DNA of 64,000 nucleotides from Plasmodiophora brassicae (Eukaryota): NCBI GenBank assembly GCA_036867785.1, contig CP145409.1, positions 682,001 to 746,000 of the forward strand, read 5' to 3'. Shown piece by piece: positions 35,988 to 47,845 of this stretch (position 1 is its first letter; each line of letters starts with the position of its first letter). The notes under the pieces were generated by a model. It saw only the letters and a program-made list of their open reading frames with translations, ran no database searches and was not told where the DNA came from. The position numbers and the translations under genes were made by a program.

Positions 35988-36952
35988 ATGACGTCAGTGA
36001 TCAGCGAAGACAAGGTCGAGGACGGTAGTGTCGTCAAGCGCGGCGGTGCCAAGGGGTCGCCGAACTACCAGAAGTTCGTCGAGCTTGCCGCGTCGGACAT
36101 CGATGCTCAGGTCGGTCGACTCGGCATCTGCAGGCGTTGTTTGAAGTCTAATGTCTTCGGCTACGAACAGGTCGAATTCTTCTTGAAGAGCTTCATCTTC
36201 AACCTCGGTGATGAATGGAGCAACGTCCCTGCTCTGTCGCAGAAGTTCCGGGAATACCTCAAGGAGAAGGCTGAGAAGCACGACCTGGACGCAGCGCAGG
36301 CTGCTGATTTCCTTCAGGTTTGGAGCTGTGTGATACTAAGCTAACGATGGTTTCTAACTGCAACCTGATATAACAGCGTATGGGGCGGACAAGGACTGCT
36401 ATGCAACGACGTGCTGAACTTGCTGACGTCGATTTGGACAAGAACGACAAGATCTGCTTCATCGAGTACCTGCTGCTGCACTACAAGGTGATGATTCTGA
36501 AGGCGTACTTCGAGCGAAAGAAGACCGAACCTACTGTCAGCCTGGAAAACGACGGTGTTGGCTTGACTGGCGTTGGTGAAATGCTGCTTGAGGAACTTTT
36601 CGAACTCCCGCTTGGTGTTGACCCCGCGATCATGAAGGCCATCGAAGAGTTCACTGAAGCACAGCGTAAGCGGAACGCCACCATCAGGGACCTCGAGGAG
36701 AAGGTTGCACAGGGTGGTGTCAAAGGGCTTGCCGCGAAGAACGAACTGTTCCAGCTCGGGCAGCAAGACCAAACGATGACCAACAAACTTGAGCTGACGC
36801 TGAATGCCGCCAAGCGCAAGGCCAGCAAGTTCAGCGGCGCTGAGGCCCTTGCGAAAGCGCAAAAGGCGGAAGAGGCAGCGCGCCAAGAGCAGTTGCAGAA
36901 CTCCCGAGCCAAGCTGGCTGCCCGCGCTGCTGCGTTCGAGCAAAAGAACTGA
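35988..36952 (+). CDS. EF-hand protein resembling the Dictyostelium 34-kDa calcium-regulated actin-bundling protein family
   Basis: EF-hand DVDLDKNDKICFIEYLL and a C-terminal helical region with GGVKGLAAKNELFQL. Confidence 0.7.
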
Positions 36953-37016
36953 GTTGTTCCTCTTCTCTGGCTTCGCAATACAGATACGCATCTAACCTGT
37001 CGATTTGGATGCGACT

Positions 37017-38084
37017 TTATAATATGGGCAGCTCGACGTCGTTCGATTTGTTCACTCTGATGAGACGCATGTGCTCGTCCTTATCAGGACGTGGTTTTGC
37101 TTCGACCGCCTCTGGCGACATGACGAGGCAGATCGCGCCGCTGACGATGCCAACGCCAAGAACGCTGAATACATCGGGTGTGAGCCCATCCTGAACAGTG
37201 CACTGGAGAATGAAAGACACGACGGCAGTGAACACTCTCAAGACAGCACAACGCCCTGCAGGGACAATTTGCAATCCGGCATTCAGCAATGACAATTCAG
37301 CAAATGTCGTTGTACCGGCACCAGCCACGTATAGCAATGCTCGCGTGACCGTCTTCCCTTTCGGCCAGGGAGGGAAGACGCACGGGATAATGCTTGCTAA
37401 GATGCCGATCAGCCCCGACACGAGGACGATCGGCAGGAAATTGATCGTAGTTAGGCGACGCATGGCAACCATCCCACCCGCTGAACTGAACGCAGCGCCC
37501 AAGCAAAGGATGGCGTACCAGGTCTCAGGAGCATCATGATCGCCGACGAAAAGCATATCCGGCTGTGCGATCAGGACAACTCCAAGTATGGCCATCAAAG
37601 CAGCCATTGTGTCGCGACACGAAACTCGTTCTCGAAGGAGAGCGTAACCAGCCACGAACGAGAAGATCTACAAGTGCAACATCACGAATGAGAAACAAAC
37701 CGAGCAAACACTCCTGCTGTGTGAACCAACCGGAGTCGTGAAATACAGGACGGTGGCCAAGCCCAGCTGGACTCCGCGCATAGTGACAAACAGAAGAACG
37801 TTGTGCCCGATGGCGTTCAGGGTCGCTCGTATAAAGACGAGGCCGCGAAACCCGACACGAATCGATTGAACAGGTGACACACGCACCCAGATCAGAGCAA
37901 GCGCTGCCCAAACGGTGACGACGAAGCTACGCCCCAGTATGACGAACCATATCGGCAGTGCTCCGTTTGCATGAGCCATCGTTGCGAGCGATGTCGAGCA
38001 AGCAAACATCACGGCGGATCCAAGAATCAGCCAATTGCCATGCCTTTGCTCATCTGCTTTATCGCTGGCGACAGGGACGCTCAT
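37017..38084 (-). CDS. EamA/DMT-family transporter (SLC35G-like)
   Basis: Multiple TM helices; LGLATVLYFTTP..AGYALLRERVS, ILGVVLIAQP, GLQIVPAGRCAV. Confidence 0.85.
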
Positions 38085-38532
38085 GATCCAATGGCAGACA
38101 AGGGTCGCAGCTGGCAATGGAAGCTGTGCCGAGCCCAGTAACACCACTGCTGAGTCGGTACTCAGCGCCTTCACCACGCGCGACTGACTGTGTGGCGGCC
38201 CCGCTGAATCTCGTTCTGGCTGGCTCCTAAAGAGCAGAAGCCAGCGATCCAGATGGCGGTAGGGGAGAGCCCGCAGTTTCACAGCGAGCGCCGACTGCCG
38301 AGCAGCCACGCGCGCAGTCCGCGAAGACGAGGCGATCGCGCAGTGCAGACTGCAGAGTCGAGCTCGCCGTCGGTCGTGCTCACATAACCATCGCTCCGGA
38401 CTGATCCATCCGCCACAACATCTACACAGGTCAGGGAATTCATGATAAATTATTCTCGTGCGGTTCTTGTGCTTTCAGTGAATTTGGTGGGATGTACGCA
38501 AGTGCCCGTTAAGGTCATCGGGTGGTATCCTG

Positions 38533-38691
38533 ATGACCACGCTTGGGGTGTTCAGGTTATCGGTCTCTCTCGGTCACTTTTTTCTACGCTCGTCAGCGTT
38601 CGTCAAACGCCTGCGCCTGGCCGCTGACGAACGCTGACGAGCGTAGAAAAGAGTGACCGAGAGACCGATAACCTGAACACCCCAAGGTCAT
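38533..38691. repeat. Long near-perfect inverted repeat (about 62-bp arms, 19-nt loop)
   Basis: 38542-38605 pairs with 38625-38686, with one 2-nt bulge and one T-G pair. ATGACC/GGTCAT extends the stem. Confidence 0.9.
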
Positions 38692-38778
38692 TCTTGCTTT
38701 GTTGACACCGGTGTTCGTACTGCCGCTAGCCGTATCTGACATAATGGCATCGCAGCGACAGTTATAGTCAATACAACT

Positions 38779-38808
38779 ATCCTACTGATGCAGCAGCATC
38801 AGTAGGAT
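38779..38808. repeat. 13-bp perfect hairpin
   Basis: ATCCTACTGATGC-AGCA-GCATCAGTAGGAT. Confidence 0.85.
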
Positions 38809-39279
38809 TGTTAACTTTCATGCCTCAGCCACGTCTCGTTGATGACCTCCAGAACACGGGTGTTGAAGCAAGTACATGACGTTTGTCGGTTACATCCATT
38901 CAGAGCGCTTCGCGAGCGATCCGTCCGAAAACCGTCAGGCAGCGTGTGTCTACCTGTTTCACCCTTTATGCTGATGTCAGCAACGAAGCCATGTTTGAGG
39001 GCATTAGACTCCGTGTCGACCGTTATGTGGGCTCTGTAATTGCCTGCTTTCGCGCACGATGTTCCCACAGGGCCTCTCTTGATACGTAGTTCCGGTTTGG
39101 TCAAGTTCCACAACGTATATAGTCAGAGGTTTTACATCGCGAATAGGTACGCCCATGGTTGGGTCGATATTCGGGTGGTCGCATGGGCAGGGGCACGGCA
39201 CAGTTGCCCGCCAGCCAGTCACTGCTCGATCGCCCCCGTTGTTCTAGATTGTTGACTGCTGCCGTGCTCAAGGGTGTCC

Positions 39280-40423
39280 ATGGCGTCGTTGGCGACCGCC
39301 GACTTCGAGTGTAGCATCTGCCTGGAACTGCTGTTCGACCCGGTTACGATCCCATGTGGCCACACGCTGTGCCGAGTGTGCCTGATGCGCTCCCTGTACG
39401 TCAACCTAGCCACGCCTGCCAAATGAAGCACTGCTGAGGGCGGATGCATTGTAATTCAGGAACGAGAAACTCCAGTGCCCACTGTGCCGACATGACTGCC
39501 AAGTCAACGCTCTGAACCATCCGGGTACGACGTTGATTGCAACGCTGCTGTACAAACTGTTCCCTACGGAAATGGCAATCCGCGAACAAGACGCCATCGT
39601 ACGCAAGCGATGCTACAAGAGACGCCTTCCCGTCTACTTCACCAGTCACTGCAGTTTCCCGAATGCCAACGTTCAGTTCTACGTCTTCGAGTCCAGGTAG
39701 GACGGATTCGTTATCGTCATCAGGTGCCGCGATGAGTTGGCTGAGACCCTACAGGTACCAATCCATGGTTACTCAGGCGATGTCATCCACCAAAGAGTTC
39801 GTCTCGGTTTTCGCCATTGACGAATCCACCGAACAGAATCAACCTCCATGCTGTGCCCGTATCGGCAGCGTCATATCGATTCGTGAAATTCGCACTGAAG
39901 TGGAAGGTCGTTGGTTCGTTGACGTAAGGTCTAACTCTCAACTCACGTCCTCTCCTGGCTAACGGTTCTCTAGGGTCGCGTAACTGAGGTGGTGCGCGTT
40001 TCTGACATGGAACCTGTTCCCGATGCGTTCGGTTTGGTCTCTGCCGAGATCAGCAGTATGCATGAAGATTCAGGACCTGGTGGCATCGCGGACATGGCAG
40101 CCCATTGCAAGCACGTTATCTCCGATTTCCAACGGGAGAACCCGAACTGGGAAGACATGGTTGAGAGCAGCCAGCCTCCTGACAATCCGCGTGCATTGGC
40201 GTTCTGGGCCGCTGCTCTGGTTGCTGGGCCGCCCCGCTTTCAGTTGCAGCTGATCGAGCAGATGTCCACAAGAAAACGTCTGGAGATCGTGACAGCGTTC
40301 TTGGATGATGTTACCCGGCGCCGACGTGAAGCAAACCGAGTTCGTCGTAGCGATCTTTGTCTGGCGGCAGGAGGCGCCCTGCTTGCATTGATGCTCGCTG
40401 TTGTACCGGCCATGGTGTTCTAA
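39280..40423 (+). CDS. RING finger + LON N-terminal domain protein (LONRF-like) with C-terminal hydrophobic tail
   Basis: FECSICLELLFDPVTIPCGHTLCRVCL..QCPLCR; LON_N-like FYVFESRYQSMV; LQLIEQMSTRKRLE. Confidence 0.85.
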
Positions 40424-40470
40424 ACGTTGTATTGTGCAAGAACCATTTCTGCTGCGGATGACATTGGGAC

Positions 40471-42087
40471 TTAGGGGAACCGTGCCAGGAATTGCTTGTG
40501 GAAGTTGGTTAGACGCTCGACAACCTCATCAATTTGATCCTCGGGCGGCAAGATGGTTATTCGGAAGTGGTACGTGCCGTGTTCTTGCAGGAACCCGCTG
40601 CCAGCGACGCAGACGATGCCAGTCTGCTCGAGCAGTTCCCGAACGTAGAACTCGTCCGGTGCAATGTTGCGAGCCTTCGCTTCGTCAACGGCTCCAGCAG
40701 GGAGTCGGATCCGAGGGAACGCGTACATGGCACCTTGGATCAGCGTGCATGACATCCCGTCGAGCTTGTTCAGTGCTTCCGACATGCGGACAGCCCTTCT
40801 TCGCAGGCTGTCGATGACGGATTGCCGCTCCGCTGCATAGACTGGATACGATTCATCGCCTTCAACTGGCGGTCGCAAGTGCAGAGCCATCGCAATTTGG
40901 CCGACCGTATTCGAGCATAGGCTCATGCTAGCCAGCTTCGTAAACTGTTCCCTGTGGAAACGAGCTCGAGGTCAGCAGTAATCAACGAAGTGTTAGTGCC
41001 GTCGTACATGACGTCGCTGGGAAAGTTCCAAAGATGCATGTAGCCACCCTACAAACAGCAACTGAGTAAACAACGATGGAGCGAATCCAAACGGACTCGT
41101 ACCCGAAGGCCACATTCACCGATGAAGCCCTTCGACACTGAGTTGTAGGATACAATTTGGACATTCGATCCGATCTCCTGGGCAACCCGCCTGCACGAAA
41201 CGAATTCGCAGTCTGGGTCATATACGTTATCAGCGTAAACCTCGTCCGCCATGAGGACCTGTATGAGACCAACGATGAGTTATATGGCGATAGCGAAGGA
41301 GACGGAACGCAGGGCTAACCATGTTACGTTCATCGCAGAACCGGATGGTGGCCTCTATCGTGAGCCGATCCAGAACCTGACCTGTCGGGTTACCTGGATT
41401 TATGAGCACAAGCGCTCGGATATTCGCTCCAAGTTTCGAAGCCTCATCATAGGCTCTAGTGAGTTCAGCACGGGACTGGGACCATTGGTCCCGTTCGTTC
41501 AGGAAGTATCCAATAGTCTGTCCGCCGAGAACGGTCAGTGTGGACGAGTAAAGTGGGTACTGCGGGACGGGAACAAGAACGCCATCCGTTCCATCGCGAA
41601 TAAGACATTCCAGCGTCATCCTGACCGCTTCCGACGCCCCTTTCGTACAGTAGATCTCGTCAATGCTTGTCGGCAAGCCGTCTCGGTTGGTCAGGAACGA
41701 TGCAATATCGGCGCGAACACGTTCGTGACCCTGGCTGTTCGAATACGCCCCGATGCCACCTGGCATCGCGTCCAGCAACGACCGAGCTCGATTGACCGCA
41801 TCGGTTGGGAATATCCCGCAGGATACGAGGTCTGGGTACATGCACATCGCGAGGACCTGGCGAATGTAGGTCAACGGCTTCTGACTATGCACGGCCTGCG
41901 GGTTCCCGATATTGCAGGAGATGACGCTCTTGAACGGCAACGTCTTATCGCCATCAGCCAAGCGCTTCGCAAGAACAGTGGCACGAGCAGCGACTTCGCT
42001 GCGGACGGCGTACCGCGCTCGAATGACGTTGCTATTGAGCGTTTCAATCGACAGAGCCAAGGCGCGTGCAGCGGCCCCGGTCGCCAT
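40471..42087 (-). CDS. GPT: Alanine aminotransferase (PLP-dependent, class I)
   Basis: [80 protein letters not shown]. Confidence 0.95.
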
Positions 42088-42372
42088 GCGAAGCAGCTGC
42101 AGTGACGAAGACGAGCCTGGTGCTTGTCAATACAATCGCGAACGTGCGCCTCGCCAAAATAATATCTTCACGTTGATACCAAACACACGCCGTCATACGT
42201 AAGTCACACACATGACACAACGCCCACACACAAGAATGTACAGGTACTCAAGTCATACAGCAGCGTTGCACAGTCTGCAAGTCTGCAGCGACAATTACTG
42301 CGCGACAGGGCGTGCTGGAGCCAAGTGGGAATGTGCGCGACCGGGATACCCGGAAAGAGGTATGACAGTATT

Positions 42373-43528
42373 TTACGAAGACTCGGCCTGCAGCAACGTG
42401 TCGTCTTCAACGGCGATGGCGAACTTGTGTGTGTCTTGGTACGACTCCAAGTCTGCGGGCCTGACCCGATCCGACTTCTTTGTGCTGCTGAATTTTCGCC
42501 AGGCAGCCATCGCCAGGAACGTTAACGACAGGGTAAGGAATGACGCCTGCTGCAGGCGGAACTGGAAAACCTAACGGGCCAAGGTTACGAAACATATAGC
42601 CCATACTGAATATCGGCTATACCTGAGGTTGTTTCTCGCACAGAAACTGAGTGTAGAAGCACGCGAACTGGAAGGACGCCGCACTTGCGACCAGAACAAT
42701 GTAGTGTGGGACTAAAACCAGAACCCAGGCAGACGCCGCAGCGGCAACCAGTCCAGCAGGCAATAGCAGCCCCGCCCCATGTTCCAAAACAACAGCCGTG
42801 CAGGTGGCAATCAAGTGGAAACCAGTGGCGATCCAGCCAATCATAGCAGTTAGCTTGAACGAGGTAGCTTTGGACGCATCGTCAGGGTCAGCGGATACGA
42901 AGGGCTGTCCCGTCAGCAGGTGTGTATCGGCAACCTCATTCGTTCCAGGTGGCGGCTGTAATATTAGGAACGCCCAATACAGTAATGCTGTGAACACCGA
43001 TAGAACTGCCATTAGCATGGGCGATATTGCGGGGCCGGCCAACTGCAACCTGATGCACCATGTTAGCGAATACAGCGAGCGTGGGACAATACTACGTTCC
43101 TACATGTAAATATACGCCCAGATAATGGCGAACCAGATATGGCAAATGGCAATCGCGCCTCCCAACTGCCTCTGGTCAGTCTTCAGCGATATTCTAGGGC
43201 GGGCTGTCGGCTGCAGAAGCTCTGGCGCTGTGCAATACAGAAAAGAGATTGCAGACAGAACGGGATACAATGCGAACACCTGTGCCGCGGTTACAATCAG
43301 CGTGATTAGGGAGCGCGCAAAGTGTGTACGTACCTGAAGATACCCACCACCCTTGACCGCGTCGAGATGGGCAACCAGAACCACTAGAGCGAGGCCATCA
43401 ATCACGATAAGAACACCGCCGGCTGCCAGGATGCTGGGCTGAACCCATGTTGGCTGCGACAGCACTAGACGATGGCGGAGCTCCCGCGTTCGCGCCAGTA
43501 GGGTCCAGGTCGGTTGTGTCGACCCCAT
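42373..43528 (-). CDS. Hypothetical multi-pass membrane protein, multi-exon
   Basis: Hydrophobic exons in ORFs 43100-43528 and 42617-43048, plus a final exon ending EDDTLLQAESS. No family recognised. Confidence 0.55.
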
Positions 43529-43980
43529 TCTGCGCAGGATACGCTGAAGTCAACTTTCGACGTGTCGTCGCTGTCTCATGCAACTTTCCACGCCTGAAAC
43601 GGCCCCGTGCGCCTGTGCCGCGCAACGACCAATGAGACACAGGACGTGGGCAGGGCGAAGCCCGTCAGCTATGACTTATGACTTATGAGACATCCGGGAC
43701 TACGATGTACATAAGAGAATCACATCAGTTGCACATGACAAAAATGATTTGTAGCGTGTTAAATGGCAGGGTTACCCATTCTAATCTCGGTATAGTAGGT
43801 AGTGGAGCTACCATAACGGTTATATAAATGTGATTCAGTCTTCGGTATTTTGGACATGTTTTGCCAGATATCATCGTTGGACAATGTAAAGGCGGGAATG
43901 TCCACTGTTTACGTCGTATAACACGACGATGCCCCTTGCGTCTAGCAGTGTGGACACCGTTTTCTCATGCCGGAAGCGGG

Positions 43981-43993
43981 GAATGTTCTGGAA
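43981..43993. promoter_or_regulatory. Possible three-unit heat-shock element
   Basis: GAAtgTTCtgGAA, about 265 bp upstream of the RING-H2 gene in a divergent intergenic region. Confidence 0.35.
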
Positions 43994-44258
43994 TTAGCTT
44001 ACCGGCCACGGAAGTTTGAAAGCGCTAGCGCCGTGTGGCAGGACGACTCCGGCTCCAAAAATATCTCCTTTGCTGGCACGCTCACGTCCGCGCTGCAGCT
44101 GTTGCTGCTGTCTGTCTAATCGGGGTTTACTGTCGCCCAACGATATTTTCATCGTTGGATCGTAAAGGACACCGCTAGGTACGGACGAGCGATCGCACCG
44201 CCAGCGCTGATAATCGCCTAGCGCGGACGGTCACAGACAGAGGCCGACCGGCACGCAA

Positions 44259-45585
44259 ATGGCGCTCGATGACGACGCCGCGTCTGAGGCCTTGGCAAGG
44301 CGTTTGCAGGCTGAGGAGCTCGGCTGGAGTGCCTCTGGAGGCGGGGCGCCACATAGGCGCGGCAGGAATGGCAGTGGTGATGCACTGTTATTCGGCAATG
44401 TGCCACCGCCGCCAAGACAACTTCTTGTATGACTTATCCTGTCCAATATCTAAGCTGGCCTCTAAAACATCTTTGCGAAAGGTCGCTAACGCTAATCAAG
44501 TTGTATACGATGTAAGGAGTTCCGGACGATTCATTGCACTAGCTGTTCTATACGGTATTATCGAAGTATGATCGCCGCATCTGAGGCCATGCAGAGTTTC
44601 TTATCACCTATGTACCAGCTTGTTGCTGGGTGCGTCGTTCTGGCAACGACGTTCTCCACACCATGTGATGTGCCATTGAAGTTTTGGCTCATCGTATTTT
44701 TGCTTCGATACTGCATCGTATTCCCACAGGAATTCGTACGTGCTCGAATCAGCAGACAAGCAGATCTGGTGCTGAATAATCATTTAGGTACGGTATATTG
44801 CTCATGCTCGTCGTCACGACGAGTTGATGATTTCAGTCCAAAACCTGGACAAGCTGAGGTCCTCGTTTTCTTTCGTTTGGACAATCATGGTAGAGTCATG
44901 TGTAAAACGCAAGACTTGATCGCTTACGAGTGGAAAGGGTCTGCTGTGGACTCTGGGATCGTCAGAGGCCTCTTGCCGTGCCACTTCTCCAGTGCTTTGG
45001 TACTTCGTCGCGACACTTATCATAATGCACATTGCGCTGGCGTGCTCCCCATTAATCCTGCTTGCGATGTTTTGTAAGCCGTTCGTCGAGATTGCTCATG
45101 GTATGGTCTGACGACACGCTGTAGGCATGTGTTTGCCGTGTCTGCTTCTCCTGCTAAGGTACAGTGTAAACAGTTAGTTCTTTGTTGCCTGATACTAAAG
45201 TGTACGATACAGATTCTTCCAGCCAAACGAAGGCATGTCGAGCAATGACGTGAGAAAGTTGCCGGAGCGTACTTTCGACTCGACCGGCGTAGATATGGTA
45301 TGCTATTCTAGTTGGATTCTCTGACGACTGATTCATTGGCGCACAGACAACGGCGGCTGGGTCCTGTGTAATCTGCCAGACAGAATTCGTGAACGGGGAT
45401 CGTCTGAGACATTTGCCGTATGATCTGAAGGTCGTTCTGTCCTGTATAGTTGCTTACGTTTCTGCAGATGCAATCATGAATTCCACTCTGCCTGTCTCGA
45501 CCAATGGCTCGTTCTCAAAGCGACGTGCCCTTTATGCCGTGTCCACATCGGGGGCCTCGCTTCTCGCCCTGACTCCCCTGTCTGA
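44259..45585 (+). CDS. Multi-TM RING-H2 E3 ubiquitin ligase
   Basis: CDVPLKFWL TM region. C-terminal CVICQTEFVNGDRLRHLPCNHEFHSACLDQWLVLKATCPLCR. Confidence 0.85.
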
Positions 45586-45978
45586 TATCTGTGGATGCTT
45601 GTACCATTCCGCGAATAATTTGCTCGATATACTTTTCCAGAATCATGTCAAAGGGTGCCATAGATCATGCATGCCTCTTATTCTTGTAGGATGGTTGAAG
45701 TACGTCGAGTTAGAAGGTGTGTCTATAGCCATAGTCGGCGTCGAGCGGCATGGTGCCCACCTCAGTGTCACATGTGATCTAAATTTGTACAAGTCGGTGC
45801 GTGTTTGTGTGTGTGCGCGTCTGTAGAAACCGCGGTTACGTCGCTTGTGGACGTCGCCGCCAAGTTGGATCCTCTTCTACGGCCTCGGACTGGCGACAGA
45901 ATGCGCCTCACTGTACGAACAGTCCGTGTGTGGAGCAGTCGCTACAACGGCGGCGACGGCGCCGCACCGGCACCACTT

Positions 45979-47707
45979 ATGTCGTCATCGTCGTCCAGCG
46001 TGCCCGTTCAGCCGACCATGAAGTTCCCGCCGTTGGCCATGTCGACTCAGGAGATCATCAAGGCGACCGCGCAACGCCGATGGCTGAAGAACGCCGAACT
46101 GGTCGATCTGCTTGATAATTACGATGCGTACGGGTTCCAGTGCTCGAACGAACCGCCACAGACGCCGCCGATTTCTGGGACCGTCTTGTTGTTCAATAAG
46201 AACCAGGTCCGTCGCTGGCGTCAAGGTACCTATTATCCGTAATGCGCGCAGGCATCGTTTAGACATGTGTCTAGATGGACACGAATGGAAGAAGAAACGA
46301 GATAGCAAGAATATCAAAGAACACCATGAGAAGCTCAAGGTTCTCGGGGTCGATGTTGTCAACTGCTGCTACGCGCATCACGAAACAATAGATGGGTTCC
46401 ATCGTCGTGCCTACTGGAAACTATCTCGACCGCACATTGTTCTTGTGCATTATCTGCAGCAGTACAAGGACGCTGACGGGTAACGGTCAGGACATGAAAT
46501 TTGTATGCAGAGTGTGTGACATCTCCTCTGTTTAGTCTGGTCATCTCTCCTGGCGCAATGATTTCGCCCTTCATTGGTGGAATGGATGAACACTTCAACG
46601 TGGCCTCCAATGGTTATTCAAAACTCGTCTCCCACTCCTCGAGCCGGACGCCAAGGACGACGCCCTATAATGCTCTCTATTCGGCGGATGATTTGAGCAG
46701 TATCGATACAACGACCAATGGCATGGTAATCAGTCGTCTGTATGGCAGCGCGCATCTTCAAATCTAACTTGCTTGTAGGTACACGCTATGGGTCCTCGGA
46801 AAACGGCAAAAGCAGATATGGCTCGTGTATGTCGGGACAAGAAGAAGGTACTCCACGTATTTATTTCACTATGTATGTATTCTCACCTGTCTGGTGTCAG
46901 GTTTACGTTGACACTCTTAGGCAATCAATCGAGTCTCTCAGAAATCAGATTGCTAATGTTGAGCTTGATGCAGAAAAGGATCCTAACAACCCTTCTGGTA
47001 AGGCTTTGCTGCACATTCCGACACAAATTCGTTAATTCTATGTGTACTGGCGCAGTGGAATCTAAGTTGCTGACAACGATTGAGGCCCATTTGTCTACTC
47101 CCGCTTCTCTGGGCACAACGCGAGAAGAAGAGGATGGGTGTCTTCGATCTTTAGTGGACCAGTGGGTGCAGTTCACTGAACGAAGGTTCCCATACGGTGG
47201 TCCTGTTTTGTCGCGAGCCTTACTGATAGCAGTTGTAGGAAACGTGAGGCAGCAAATGCGATCGCGATGGTTCCGCAGATGTTAAACCCGGGAGATCAAG
47301 CCAAGTTTGCGCTATGGGGATTTGATCATGACCAGTCCTGTCTTTGGTCTTCTCTTCTCCAAGAAAAATGCCATACCAACCCTGGCCAAATCGAGACTTT
47401 GAAAGCATATAGAGGTGAATCGGTTCGTCTGCGCAACGAGCTTCTGGAACTCGTCAAGGAAAGTGAGGCCATCCGGGAGGCAATCGAATCATTTACTCAA
47501 CAGTACCTTTATCGCTACCATCCATAGAGGCTGTTTCCATTTAACGAAGTGTACTGCAGGTCCTCCGATCTGGTGGTGCGAATGCGTCACCTGTTTACCG
47601 ATGAACAGCTGGCCTCAGGGCTCGCCATGTTTCGCGGGTCTCAACAACAACCTGGTGCACAACTCGCCAACCAGCCGCAAGTTAGGCCTGGTCTAATAAT
47701 TCCTTGA
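45979..47707 (+). CDS. Putative transcription factor: CG-1 domain + atypical bZIP + DOG1/TGA-like tail; start may lie upstream (e.g. 45901)
   Basis: CG-1: RRWLKNAEL..SGTVLLFNK..WRQDGHEWKKKRDSKNIKEHHEKLKV..CCYAH..FHRRAYW..IVLVHYL. In-frame GT-AG splices lead to ARVCRDKKKVYVDTLRQSIESL and later MRHLFTDEQLA. Confidence 0.85.
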
Positions 47708-47845
47708 TTTACCTACATTAGCTTCACTTTTATCTGCCTGCGATCTCGTTACCAGAGCCGGAAGTATCCGACACCTGTCGACTCTAACGTCATATTGCGT
47801 TAGTACTGCCCCATGCAGGCGATGTAGTCTAGCGATTCTGAGCGT

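Noticed and set aside
41251-42105. 284-aa antisense ORF over alanine aminotransferase
   Set aside because: Mirrors the long first exon; no independent coding signal.
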